DNA from: Candidatus Chisholmbacteria bacterium | GTDB taxonomy: Bacteria; Patescibacteriota; Microgenomatia; UBA1400; Chisholmbacteraceae | Direction of reading: 5' to 3' | DNA length: 64,000 nt | Assembly: GCA_963704905.1 (NCBI GenBank) | Contig: CAVPHZ010000002.1 | Span: 634 to 64,633 of the forward strand | Shown: positions 29,015 to 37,755 of the stretch, piece by piece | Position numbering within the stretch: the stretch's first letter is position 1 | Layout: every line of letters starts with the position of its first letter | The notes under the pieces: model-generated | Told to the model about the DNA's origin: nothing | The model's input: only the letters and a program-made list of their open reading frames with translations | Database searches by the model: none | Made by a program: the position numbers and the translations under genes

Positions 29015-30153
29015 GGCAGATTCTCTATTCAATTGTAGGCACAACTTTCCAAGCTGTGAAACGCCGGCCAATGACAGAAAGTGCAGCTTTTTCTCAAGAT
29101 AAAGTAAATATTATTCTCGATACGAATATCCAAAATATTTTCATCGTACTCGCTATCATAATCATTGCATTGTATGTGGTTAAGAAAAAACGACACCTGT
29201 TGTACCAAGTGATAGTGATCTTAACAATCATAGATCTCTTTACTTTTTCCAAAGGTAATCTCATCACGTTCCCAATATCAATTACCAGTCTAGAAAGCAG
29301 CGCTTCTAAATGGCTTAAACAAAATCTTGGTAATTATCGATTTGTATCAACAAGCGGGAACTTTCCCTATACAGGCTTGGGTGTGTACTGGACACATTTA
29401 AGAGCCAGGGAGCCGTTTTCTCCAAATAACCTTACAGGTGAAGAGTTAAAGCAATTCACAAGACTAAAAAAAGAACTGACGGTCATTCCGGAGAATCAGG
29501 GTCTCAGGAGTAACATCGCTGATGCATCTGGCTACGCTGCAGCAATACCATCAAATTATCTCCATTTTTGGAATGAAGAGCCAAAAAGCCCCAACACAAC
29601 ATCCATTCAAGACTTAAACAGCAACAAACTTAACTTGGCTGGAGTTAAGTACGTTATTACTGGCTATCCCGATGATTATCTAGCTTCACTCGACTCAGTT
29701 CAATTTGAAAGAGTATTTGGTGAAGACCATGTTCAAATTTACGAAAATCAGGATGTAATTCCTCGAGTATTTTTACTCGATAACAACCAAGATCAATATC
29801 CCGCTCAAATTATTGACTACTCTCCAAATCGAGTACTAATTGAAACCGAACTAGATAGGATTTCTGAACTTGTTTTGACTGACACTTTTTACCCTGGCTG
29901 GACTGCGTATGTTGACGGAGAACCTTCGTCTGTAGAATCTTATGAAGGTGCATTTCGAAAGGTAGCTCTTCCGTTCGGGAAGCACATTGTTGAATTTCGC
30001 TATGAACCCGATTCTCTCAGGTTGGGTGCTATAATTTCAGCAAGCACTGTAGTTTTACTTTTCTCAAGCTTAATATGGCAAAAACAAAAGTCGCAATTAT
30101 CATCCTCAATTTCAAAGGCAAACAAGACACGATCGAATGCCTTCAGTCGCTAA
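29011..30153 (+). CDS. YfhO-family, C-terminal (soluble-domain) half of a split gene
   Basis: YRF, SGY, GVKY, YEN..VIPR and LTDTFYPGWTAYVDG...G.H.VEFRYEP motifs plus a terminal TM; ATGA overlap with the previous ORF. Confidence 0.83.
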   Translation: MRQILYSIVGTTFQAVKRRPMTESAAFSQDKVNIILDTNIQNIFIVLAIIIIALYVVKKKRHLLYQVIVILTIIDLFTFSKGNLITFPISITSLESSASKWLKQNLGNYRFVSTSGNFPYTGLGVYWTHLRAREPFSPNNLTGEELKQFTRLKKELTVIPENQGLRSNIADASGYAAAIPSNYLHFWNEEPKSPNTTSIQDLNSNKLNLAGVKYVITGYPDDYLASLDSVQFERVFGEDHVQIYENQDVIPRVFLLDNNQDQYPAQIIDYSPNRVLIETELDRISELVLTDTFYPGWTAYVDGEPSSVESYEGAFRKVALPFGKHIVEFRYEPDSLRLGAIISASTVVLLFSSLIWQKQKSQLSSSISKANKTRSNAFSR

Positions 30154-31007
30154 AGAATATCAAAACTGATTCAGTAATTGTCAGCACCATTGTTGTTGAC
30201 AACGCTTCAAGCGACTCGTCAGCTACTGAAATACATAAGCAGTTTCCAAACATTGATCTTATCGAAAACAATACTAATCTGGGTTTTAGCGAGGGAAACA
30301 ATATTGGCATTCGCAAGGCACTTGTTGATGGTGCTGACTTTATCTTGCTTCTCAACAACGATACGACAGTTCATTCAGATCTATTAGAAGAACTTGTATC
30401 AGCATCGAACCAGGAGAATGCCGATGTCATCTCCCCAAAAATCTACTTTACGCCTGGAAAAGAATTTCATCAGGACAGATATAAACCACATGAGCGGGGA
30501 AAAGTAATTTGGTATGCCGGGGGACTCATCGATTGGAATAATGTCCTTACATCACATCGAGGAGTTGATGAGGTGGACGAAGGACAATTCGATGAGTTTT
30601 CCAGGACAGAATTTGTAACTGGCTGTGCAATGTTTGTGAAATATAAGGTATTTGAAGATATTGGCTTGCTTGATCCAATGCTATTTGCCTACTTTGAAGA
30701 TGCAGATTTTTCCATGAGGGCCAAGAATGCCGGCTACAAAGTTGCCTATGCACCAAAAGCCGTACTATGGCACAAGAACGCTGCCAGTTTCCAAGGTTCA
30801 GGATCAGAATTTCAAGATTACTTTGTCACTAAAAACCGACTGCACTTCGGTTTGCGCTACGCTCCACTGCGTGCCAAAATTGCTCTACTTCGTGAAGGAT
30901 TACGATATATTTTCGAAGGACCACAGAGAAAACGAGAAGCTATCATCGATGCGCTGTTGAGAAAATCGCCAGACCAGAATAAAGTAACATCGCTTTTGAA
31001 AACCTAG
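30075..31007 (+). CDS. GT2 glycosyltransferase (WbbL/RfbF-like)
   Basis: IIILNF, VVDNAS, NLGFSEGNNIG, LLNND, TGCAM and YFEDAD motifs. Confidence 0.92.
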   Translation: MAKTKVAIIILNFKGKQDTIECLQSLKNIKTDSVIVSTIVVDNASSDSSATEIHKQFPNIDLIENNTNLGFSEGNNIGIRKALVDGADFILLLNNDTTVHSDLLEELVSASNQENADVISPKIYFTPGKEFHQDRYKPHERGKVIWYAGGLIDWNNVLTSHRGVDEVDEGQFDEFSRTEFVTGCAMFVKYKVFEDIGLLDPMLFAYFEDADFSMRAKNAGYKVAYAPKAVLWHKNAASFQGSGSEFQDYFVTKNRLHFGLRYAPLRAKIALLREGLRYIFEGPQRKREAIIDALLRKSPDQNKVTSLLKT

Positions 31008-31027
31008 ATTTAGCCGGCTCACTTCGC

Positions 31028-31033
31028 TACAAT
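31028..31033 (+). promoter_or_regulatory. Putative -10 hexamer (TACAAT), leaderless or near-leaderless
   Basis: Lies in a 34-nt gap, 8 nt before ATG 31042; no SD. Confidence 0.5.
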
Positions 31034-31041
31034 AGCGACCG

Positions 31042-31770
31042 ATGGCTAAACAACCTTTCCTCTCACTTATAATCCCTGTATATAACGAAGAAAAGCGGAT
31101 TAAATATGGTCTGACACAGATTTTCTCCTTTCTTAAAAATAAGAAGTTCAGCTGGGAATTAATCATCGTGGATGACGGATCCATTGATAACACAGTTGCA
31201 CTAGCTAAAAAACTCACACTCACAATAAAGACTGTAAAGATACTCAACAGCAACCATCAAGGAAAAGGTGGGGCGCTCAAAAAAGGGGTAAAGAGTGCAC
31301 AAGGAGAGTGGCTCATCTTTTTTGATATCGATATCGCAACCCCAATGGATGAATACAATAATTTCGAAAAATGGATGGGTAGGTTCGATGTCATCATTGG
31401 ATCACGAAAAATGAAAGGGGCGCATATAGAAGTACATCAACCATTTTTTCGAGAATTTGGCGGGAAAGTATTTACCCTACTTACAAACACGCTGGTAACG
31501 AGAAATATTTCGGATGTTACTTGTGGCTTTAAACTCTTTAAAACCAAAATCGCCAAAGATCTGTTCCAGCGCTCAAGGCTCGCAGATTGGAGTTTTGACG
31601 CCGAGATTCTTTACTTAGCGCAAAAAAAAGGTGTGAAAATCAAAGAAGTTCCTGTTCGTTGGAAGGATGACCCTCAAACAAAAGTCAATCTTATGAAAGA
31701 TACCATCGATGCGTTTTATGGGCTTCTTAAAATCCGCTTCAATGACTTCCAAGGTTTGTACGATCGTTAA
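31042..31770 (+). CDS. GT2 polyprenol-phosphate glycosyltransferase (DPG synthase/ALG5-like)
   Basis: LSLIIPVYNEE, VDDGS, HQGKGGA, FFDIDIATP, DVTCGFKLF and WSFDAEIL motifs. Confidence 0.92.
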   Translation: MAKQPFLSLIIPVYNEEKRIKYGLTQIFSFLKNKKFSWELIIVDDGSIDNTVALAKKLTLTIKTVKILNSNHQGKGGALKKGVKSAQGEWLIFFDIDIATPMDEYNNFEKWMGRFDVIIGSRKMKGAHIEVHQPFFREFGGKVFTLLTNTLVTRNISDVTCGFKLFKTKIAKDLFQRSRLADWSFDAEILYLAQKKGVKIKEVPVRWKDDPQTKVNLMKDTIDAFYGLLKIRFNDFQGLYDR

Positions 31771-32503
31771 GTTTTCTGCTAAGACAAACAATAGATAATC
31801 CAAACGGCATACGAATGTGCTGGAGAACCGACGCCTCAACGGTGGTGATTTGAACGAGCAACCAATTAATTGATTTTGGGACCTCAATAAAATCTGAACG
31901 CTGCTTCATAGATTTTCCGAAAATTGACTTAGCAACTCGAACAATAATTGCGACAGGAACCAAATACCAATAAAAATATGAGCTCATCTCAACCTCAAAT
32001 CCAGTCTCCTTCAACTTTGCAACAAGAGCACGACGACGATATCGCCGTTTATGTCCCAGTACTTCATCCCAATAAGTCCATAGCCATGGGTAAGCAGGTA
32101 CAGTGAGTACAAATCTGCCTCCCGGTTTTAAAACTCTCTGAATCTCAGAAAGAATGAGCCTATCGTTATCCAAATGCTCAAGTACGTCGAGCATTGTGAC
32201 AGCGTCGAATAGTTCATTTTGGAACGGAAGCGGCTTAGTGAGATCAGTGGCTGCGACATTTGAAAATCCACGTTTTTTACAATACGATATCGCCTTTGTC
32301 GAGCCGTCAACCCCAAATACCTCTCCAAACCTGGAAAAATCTTTCATCATCATGCCTGTTCCACATCCAATATCTAGAAATCTTGGATCTTGTAGTGAAT
32401 TGAGATATGAGTCAAGCATACGAAGAATAAGACGGCGCTTCGCCACATGCCACCAATAGGTGGACTCAAGCCGGTACATTTCATCAAAAAGATCGCTACG
32501 CAT
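31739..32503 (-). CDS. Class I SAM-dependent methyltransferase
   Basis: E..YWW..AKR, LDIGCGTG, LDVLEH, LKPGG, TVPAY..LW and GHKRRY motifs; the only minus-strand gene. Confidence 0.93.
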   Translation of the reverse strand: MRSDLFDEMYRLESTYWWHVAKRRLILRMLDSYLNSLQDPRFLDIGCGTGMMMKDFSRFGEVFGVDGSTKAISYCKKRGFSNVAATDLTKPLPFQNELFDAVTMLDVLEHLDNDRLILSEIQRVLKPGGRFVLTVPAYPWLWTYWDEVLGHKRRYRRRALVAKLKETGFEVEMSSYFYWYLVPVAIIVRVAKSIFGKSMKQRSDFIEVPKSINWLLVQITTVEASVLQHIRMPFGLSIVCLSRKLNDRTNLGSH

Positions 32504-32524
32504 AATTTTCTCAACAGGTTTGTC

Positions 32525-32534
32525 TATAATAGCA
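32525..32534. promoter_or_regulatory. Putative bidirectional promoter with overlapping -10 elements
   Basis: + strand TATAAT at 32525-32530; - strand TG-C-TATTAT at 32534-32526; lies between divergent starts 32503(-) and 32555(+). Confidence 0.62.
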
Positions 32535-32554
32535 GGAGAGAACCTATTCTAGCT

Positions 32555-34480
32555 ATGCAAAACCTGTTGATAAACATACTGCTTTTTATGTCTGTCTTTT
32601 GCGTTTTGTGGTGGTTACCAGGACTCTATTTGTTGCCTAAGGACAAAAACCTCAAGACTTTAGATAAAAGTTTTCTTGCCGTAACACTCGGTGTTAGCAT
32701 TTATTCTTTAGTTATATATATCGTTCGTCTTGTTGGATTGCCATTTTGGATTGGATATTTTCCATTTTTATTCTTGACATTTCGGTTCTTCCGGACAAGA
32801 ACCATTTCACTTTCAAGATTAAAAATGAAATCCGTGACTGCGACCTTTATCATGATCATGCTCATTTCAGCAGCTATCCAAGCCCTGGTGCTCACTAGAA
32901 GTGCCAATCTGACATCAGAAGGAATGAGCTTTATTGAATTGTCCGCCCATGACTCTCTGCAACATGTGTATCTGATCAATGAACTAAAGGATCATTTTCC
33001 TCCTAGGCATCCCGGATACTCACCGATAGAGGTTAAAAATTATCACTTTCTTATCGATGTCACGCTCGCTTCAATCTCAAAATATCTTCCATTTTCAACC
33101 TTTCATCTGTATTACAGAATTCTTCCCCTAGCCGTATCAGCTCTGTTTAGTATCGGTGTATTTACATTTATACGTCATCTGACGAAATCTCCATGGCTTG
33201 CCAACGCAGCCGTAGTACTTACAATATTTTCTGGAAACGCTGCATGGGTTATGAAGTTTTTCCGAGGTGATGAATTCACGGTTAGCGCAAATTCCTTCAT
33301 GCTCGATCCGGTGATAGATCTTCTGCAAAATCCCATGGCAGTGTTGGTCTTTCCTCTCATGATTGCCGGAAGTTGGACGCTGCTGAACCTGGAAAAAAAG
33401 CCAAACCTCAAATGGAACTTCATTGGTGCAATCCTCTTGGGCGTAATGATTGGATTTAAAGCCTGGGGTGGCACGCTAATGTTAATTGGTCTTGGAGTAC
33501 GTGCTATCTACCTAAGTGTATGGAGAAAGAGAATGGATGGTTGGGTCACGACTTTCTTGACATTGGGTGTTGCGCTAACCATCATGCTTCCTGTCTATGA
33601 TCGGCAAACTGCAGCCAACCCGATTTTCACACCGGGCTGGCTCCTGAAACGAATGGTAGAGGATCATGATAGGTACAATACGTTAAACGATTATTTTCTC
33701 GAACAGCATTACAGAGAAAAAGGAAATCTTCCGCGTTTGATTCAGCTCAACGTAAAACAGCTCGCAATCTATACTTTTGGAAATCTGTGGATAAAGTTCC
33801 TGGGACTGGTGTATTTTGCAAAACTTATAAAAAAACCATCTGGGTTTGGAGTATTTCTTCTCACTGTTACAGTCTTTTCACTTTTTCTGCCAGTGCTGTT
33901 TAACCAGGGCAGAATGTCATATGACATCATCCAATTCGGACCATATGCGTTGGTGTTGATGTCACTATTTACAATAGTATCTCTGCCTTTGATATTAAAG
34001 CGATTTTCATCAATAACTTCCGGCATCATTGTTGGTATACTCTTGCTCCTTTCGTTTCCCTCAAACATCAAAAGTATTCAAGATAGATATAGAGCTGACA
34101 GCTTCCTAGTGACAAATCAAGAGCTCGAGGCATTTGAATATATAAAACAACATACAGATTTAAGCAGTACTCTCATGGTATATCCATCTCATAGAAATGA
34201 TTCAAGTCTGCTCGTGGCTGCATTCACTGGTCGTCCCACCTATTTTTCAGGCAAATCATTTGCGCGAATCACCGGTGAAGATTATGAAGGAAGGGCAATT
34301 CGCTGGAAGGAGTTTTTCAACCAGGCGAACCCTGGAGAACGACAACAAACTCTTAAAGATGGCTCTATTGGCTATCTCTTACTTACTTCTGAAGAAGAAC
34401 ATACGTTCAACAAAACCGGACTAAATCTTAAAACAGTATATTCAAATGAAGAAACGATCATCTACCAAATCCAAAATTGA
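32555..34480 (+). CDS. Polytopic GT-C-like membrane protein with an STT3-like C-terminal domain
   Basis: HDSLQH, FPP.HPG, YHFL, GFKAW, QF.PY and EAFEYIKQHT...TGRPTYFSG motifs. Start moved from 32447 to ATG 32555 to avoid overlapping the divergent gene. Confidence 0.72.
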   Translation: MQNLLINILLFMSVFCVLWWLPGLYLLPKDKNLKTLDKSFLAVTLGVSIYSLVIYIVRLVGLPFWIGYFPFLFLTFRFFRTRTISLSRLKMKSVTATFIMIMLISAAIQALVLTRSANLTSEGMSFIELSAHDSLQHVYLINELKDHFPPRHPGYSPIEVKNYHFLIDVTLASISKYLPFSTFHLYYRILPLAVSALFSIGVFTFIRHLTKSPWLANAAVVLTIFSGNAAWVMKFFRGDEFTVSANSFMLDPVIDLLQNPMAVLVFPLMIAGSWTLLNLEKKPNLKWNFIGAILLGVMIGFKAWGGTLMLIGLGVRAIYLSVWRKRMDGWVTTFLTLGVALTIMLPVYDRQTAANPIFTPGWLLKRMVEDHDRYNTLNDYFLEQHYREKGNLPRLIQLNVKQLAIYTFGNLWIKFLGLVYFAKLIKKPSGFGVFLLTVTVFSLFLPVLFNQGRMSYDIIQFGPYALVLMSLFTIVSLPLILKRFSSITSGIIVGILLLLSFPSNIKSIQDRYRADSFLVTNQELEAFEYIKQHTDLSSTLMVYPSHRNDSSLLVAAFTGRPTYFSGKSFARITGEDYEGRAIRWKEFFNQANPGERQQTLKDGSIGYLLLTSEEEHTFNKTGLNLKTVYSNEETIIYQIQN

Positions 34481-36143
34481 TATAGAGGTAAAAGCACTTA
34501 CACCGGCCGAAAAATTAGTTCTCGGATTTGTGTTAGTGGTAGCGAGCGTAACTCAAAGCTGGCATTTTTTCACAGCTTGGAAAATGAAAGCAGAAACCAT
34601 TGAGTTCAGCCAGTTTCATGATGCACTATGGCACATAGCGCTTATTAAAGAACTCTCCCGATCGTTCCCACCTCAGCATCCGGGGTTAGCAGGAGAAATA
34701 TTGAGTAATTATCATTACCTTACGGATCTTCTCCTTGCGATAGTTCATAAGTTCACAACCATTCCTGTCGAAACGCTGTATATTCACGTCGCTCCGCCAC
34801 TCGTGTCTGCTTTTTTTGCCTTTGCAGCATTTAAACTCGCTCAGCTGTTAAGCAGGTCAAATGAAACTGCAATCATAGCAACAATATTTACCGTGTTTAC
34901 TGGAAGCGCAGCATACTTCATTCCCGTGTTTTTAGGCAAAGGGGTAGCTTGGACAGCCAACTCATTCATGCTTGACCAGCCCTTTGATCAACTCACCAAT
35001 GTGCATACTGTCCTTGGCTTTGCGATGTTTTTGACTGGAACGTTTTTTCTGGTGCGTTTCAACAAATTCAGCAAATTATCAGACGGAATCCTTGCCGGCA
35101 TGATAATTGGTCTTGCAACAGGCATAAAAGCCTATGCAGGAGCAGTAGGAGTCGCAGCTTTGATGATCACGTTAGGTCTGGAACTAACCATATTGAAAAA
35201 GCGAAAAATGATATTGCCATCAGCAATTGCAGCAAGTATATTTTTACTCCTGACCGTATTTACTTCCTCATCAAATCAATCTCCACTCCAATTCGCCCCT
35301 GGATGGATCCTCACCAAGATGGTCGAAGATTCTAACCGCTTCTATTACGAAAAGTGGTCACAGCTGGAAGCTCATTATCGTGAAGCTGGAAATATCATTC
35401 GCGTAGCACAAATCAAAACCCAGGAGCTGGTCCTGTATATTATTGGCAACCTCGGTGTCCGTTTGATTGGCTTTATCTGGATCATAAAAAAATTGAAAAA
35501 ACTCAAACACATAAAAGCTCACGAAATATTCCTGATCGTAACCATCATCATTTCTCTGACCATTCCACTTATCTTTGTCCAACCGGTGTCGGTCTACAAT
35601 ACCATTCAATTTAGTCCATACGCGCTCATGATACTCAGTATCGTAGTTGTTCTAGAGACGGTAACTTGGAGAAAGAATATTCTCATGTTAACTCTTCTCT
35701 TCCTGCTGTCGCTACCCACAACCCTTCAGACATTTCTGATTCGATTAAAACCTGAGTACATCATGAGTAAAAATGAATACACAGCCCTAAAAGCTATCGA
35801 AAATACACCCGAAGATGCAGTATTTCTCACACCTCCAACAGGAGAACACTTCGTATTTATGAAAGTTCCGGGGATAGGTGGAAGAAGAACCTACTTTTCA
35901 GGAGAAACGTTCGCCATACTCACGGATACTGATTACCAGCTTCGTAAATCCATAAACGAGGAATTTTTTAGAGAACTGACTGATGACCAGAGGCGTAATC
36001 AAATACTCGAAGATGCTAAAATTACACATATCTATACTGATGAGAGTACATATACCGAGTTTCTTGAAGAATTAGAGGAAGGAAGATTTCCGATCAAAGC
36101 AATCTATACGCAGGATAAATTTGCTATTTTTAAGCGCATATGA
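34446..36143 (+). CDS. Polytopic GT-C-like membrane protein, tandem paralog of 32555-34480
   Basis: HDALWH, FPPQHPG, YHYL, ANSFMLD, PGWILTKMVED, EAHYREAGN and NTPEDA...GGRRTYFSG motifs. Confidence 0.72.
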   Translation: MKKRSSTKSKIDIEVKALTPAEKLVLGFVLVVASVTQSWHFFTAWKMKAETIEFSQFHDALWHIALIKELSRSFPPQHPGLAGEILSNYHYLTDLLLAIVHKFTTIPVETLYIHVAPPLVSAFFAFAAFKLAQLLSRSNETAIIATIFTVFTGSAAYFIPVFLGKGVAWTANSFMLDQPFDQLTNVHTVLGFAMFLTGTFFLVRFNKFSKLSDGILAGMIIGLATGIKAYAGAVGVAALMITLGLELTILKKRKMILPSAIAASIFLLLTVFTSSSNQSPLQFAPGWILTKMVEDSNRFYYEKWSQLEAHYREAGNIIRVAQIKTQELVLYIIGNLGVRLIGFIWIIKKLKKLKHIKAHEIFLIVTIIISLTIPLIFVQPVSVYNTIQFSPYALMILSIVVVLETVTWRKNILMLTLLFLLSLPTTLQTFLIRLKPEYIMSKNEYTALKAIENTPEDAVFLTPPTGEHFVFMKVPGIGGRRTYFSGETFAILTDTDYQLRKSINEEFFRELTDDQRRNQILEDAKITHIYTDESTYTEFLEELEEGRFPIKAIYTQDKFAIFKRI

Positions 36144-36937
36144 ATAAGATCTCATGCATCGTCCTTACATATAATGAACAGGAATACCTTCCAGGATGTC
36201 TGCAGTCACTCGGCTGGGTTGATGAAATTGTCATTATTGATGCTGGATCGGCTGACGATACGCTGAAGATAGCCGAGAAGGCCGGTGCGAAGATAGTTAA
36301 AAATTCATGGCACGGGTTTCCAAATCAACGAACTATTGGCGCCAAACATGCCAGCGGTGAGTGGATTCTGTACATCGATGCTGACGAGCGAGTCTCTTCA
36401 AAACTAAAAGAAGAAATTCAAGTACTTTTGAGAAATAATCCAGCATTTCATTCGTATAAAATACCTCATAAAAATTACATTCTGGGGAAATGGTTGAAAT
36501 ACGGAGGTTGGTATCCTGAATATCAACACCGACTCATGAAAAGAAGTGAATTACATAGATGGAACGGAGAACTCCATGAACATCCGATCATAGATGGAGA
36601 AGTAGGCATTCTCGAAGGAGAAATCATTCATCTGACCCATCGAGGAATGGAATGGATGCTGAATAAAACAATTCGCTACACCAAAATGGAAGCCGATTTA
36701 CGTTTTCAAGCCAATCACCCAAAAATCAAGGCTCATCATTTCTTCTCATCAACACTTCGGGAATTTTGGTATCGAGCAATAACCAAGAACGGTTGGAAAG
36801 ATGGAATTATCGGCTGGATTGAAATATTTTATCAGTCTTTTAATCACTTTCTGATTATGGCATGGCTATGGGAGATGCAGAGAAAAGAAGATATTCACAC
36901 CACATACAAAAAACTAGATGAGGAGTTATCAGAGTGA
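36140..36937 (+). CDS. GT2, beta-1,4-glucosyltransferase-like (WaaE/LgtF type)
   Basis: ISCIVLTYNE, WILYIDADER, GGWYP, LHE and GWKDG motifs. Confidence 0.9.
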   Translation: MNKISCIVLTYNEQEYLPGCLQSLGWVDEIVIIDAGSADDTLKIAEKAGAKIVKNSWHGFPNQRTIGAKHASGEWILYIDADERVSSKLKEEIQVLLRNNPAFHSYKIPHKNYILGKWLKYGGWYPEYQHRLMKRSELHRWNGELHEHPIIDGEVGILEGEIIHLTHRGMEWMLNKTIRYTKMEADLRFQANHPKIKAHHFFSSTLREFWYRAITKNGWKDGIIGWIEIFYQSFNHFLIMAWLWEMQRKEDIHTTYKKLDEELSE

Positions 36938-37755
36938 GCTATAAACAATTTGTACCCGACGTAGGTGAAGAGTGGGATGAGTATTGGAAAAAAACTTCAA
37001 TCAGCAAAGAACTCAAGCTAATTGACACCGACGGTCTTCGCCCTATTTTTTCAAAATTTCTTCCAAAAAAAGGAAAAATTCTCGAAGCTGGCTGTGGTAT
37101 GGGTAAATGGGTTGTTGACCTTTCAAAGAAAGGCTATGACATCATTGGTGTTGACAATAATAAATATGCACTCAAGAAACTGAATGAGTTCGATCCAAAA
37201 ACCAAAGTCAGGTTAGCGGATGTTACCAAACTTCCATATGCTGATGAGACATACGATGCGTATCTATCCCTGGGCGTTATTGAGCACTTTGAAGAGGGAC
37301 CGCAGAAAGCGCTCAGCGAAGCGTACCGCATACTAAAGCGGGGTGGATTGGCGATTGTCGAAGTTCCATTCGATTCATTGCTTCGAAAAATAACCAGACT
37401 TTTCACAATGTTACTTATCTCAATTAAAACGCCTGCGAGGATTACACTCCAACGTATCGGACTAAGAAAGCCGCGCGAACGATTTAAAATGATGTTCTAT
37501 GAATACCGCTACACAGTTCAGGAGCTAACGGACTTCATGAAAGAAGCGGGATTTGAAGATATGAAAATTATATCTAAAGACGACCTAAAAGAGACGAGAA
37601 GTATTGGTTTGTGGTTGGACTATCAATTTCTCCACCATCCAAATGGAGAGCTATTTGAATTAAATGATCTTGGAAAAATAGTAAAAGCTGTTCTCAACTT
37701 TGTTTCACCATTTACGTATTCAGCGCTTATCGTCGCAGTTGCAAAAAAGAAATGA
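36934..37755 (+). CDS. Class I SAM-dependent methyltransferase
   Basis: ILEAGCGMG, GVD, DVTKLPY, SLGVIEHF and RILKRGG motifs; GTGA overlap and GAGGAG SD. Confidence 0.92.
   Translation: MSYKQFVPDVGEEWDEYWKKTSISKELKLIDTDGLRPIFSKFLPKKGKILEAGCGMGKWVVDLSKKGYDIIGVDNNKYALKKLNEFDPKTKVRLADVTKLPYADETYDAYLSLGVIEHFEEGPQKALSEAYRILKRGGLAIVEVPFDSLLRKITRLFTMLLISIKTPARITLQRIGLRKPRERFKMMFYEYRYTVQELTDFMKEAGFEDMKIISKDDLKETRSIGLWLDYQFLHHPNGELFELNDLGKIVKAVLNFVSPFTYSALIVAVAKKK

Noticed and set aside
27872-30153. Both halves of the split YfhO are exactly 380 aa
   Set aside because: No sequence similarity between them; coincidence, not duplication.
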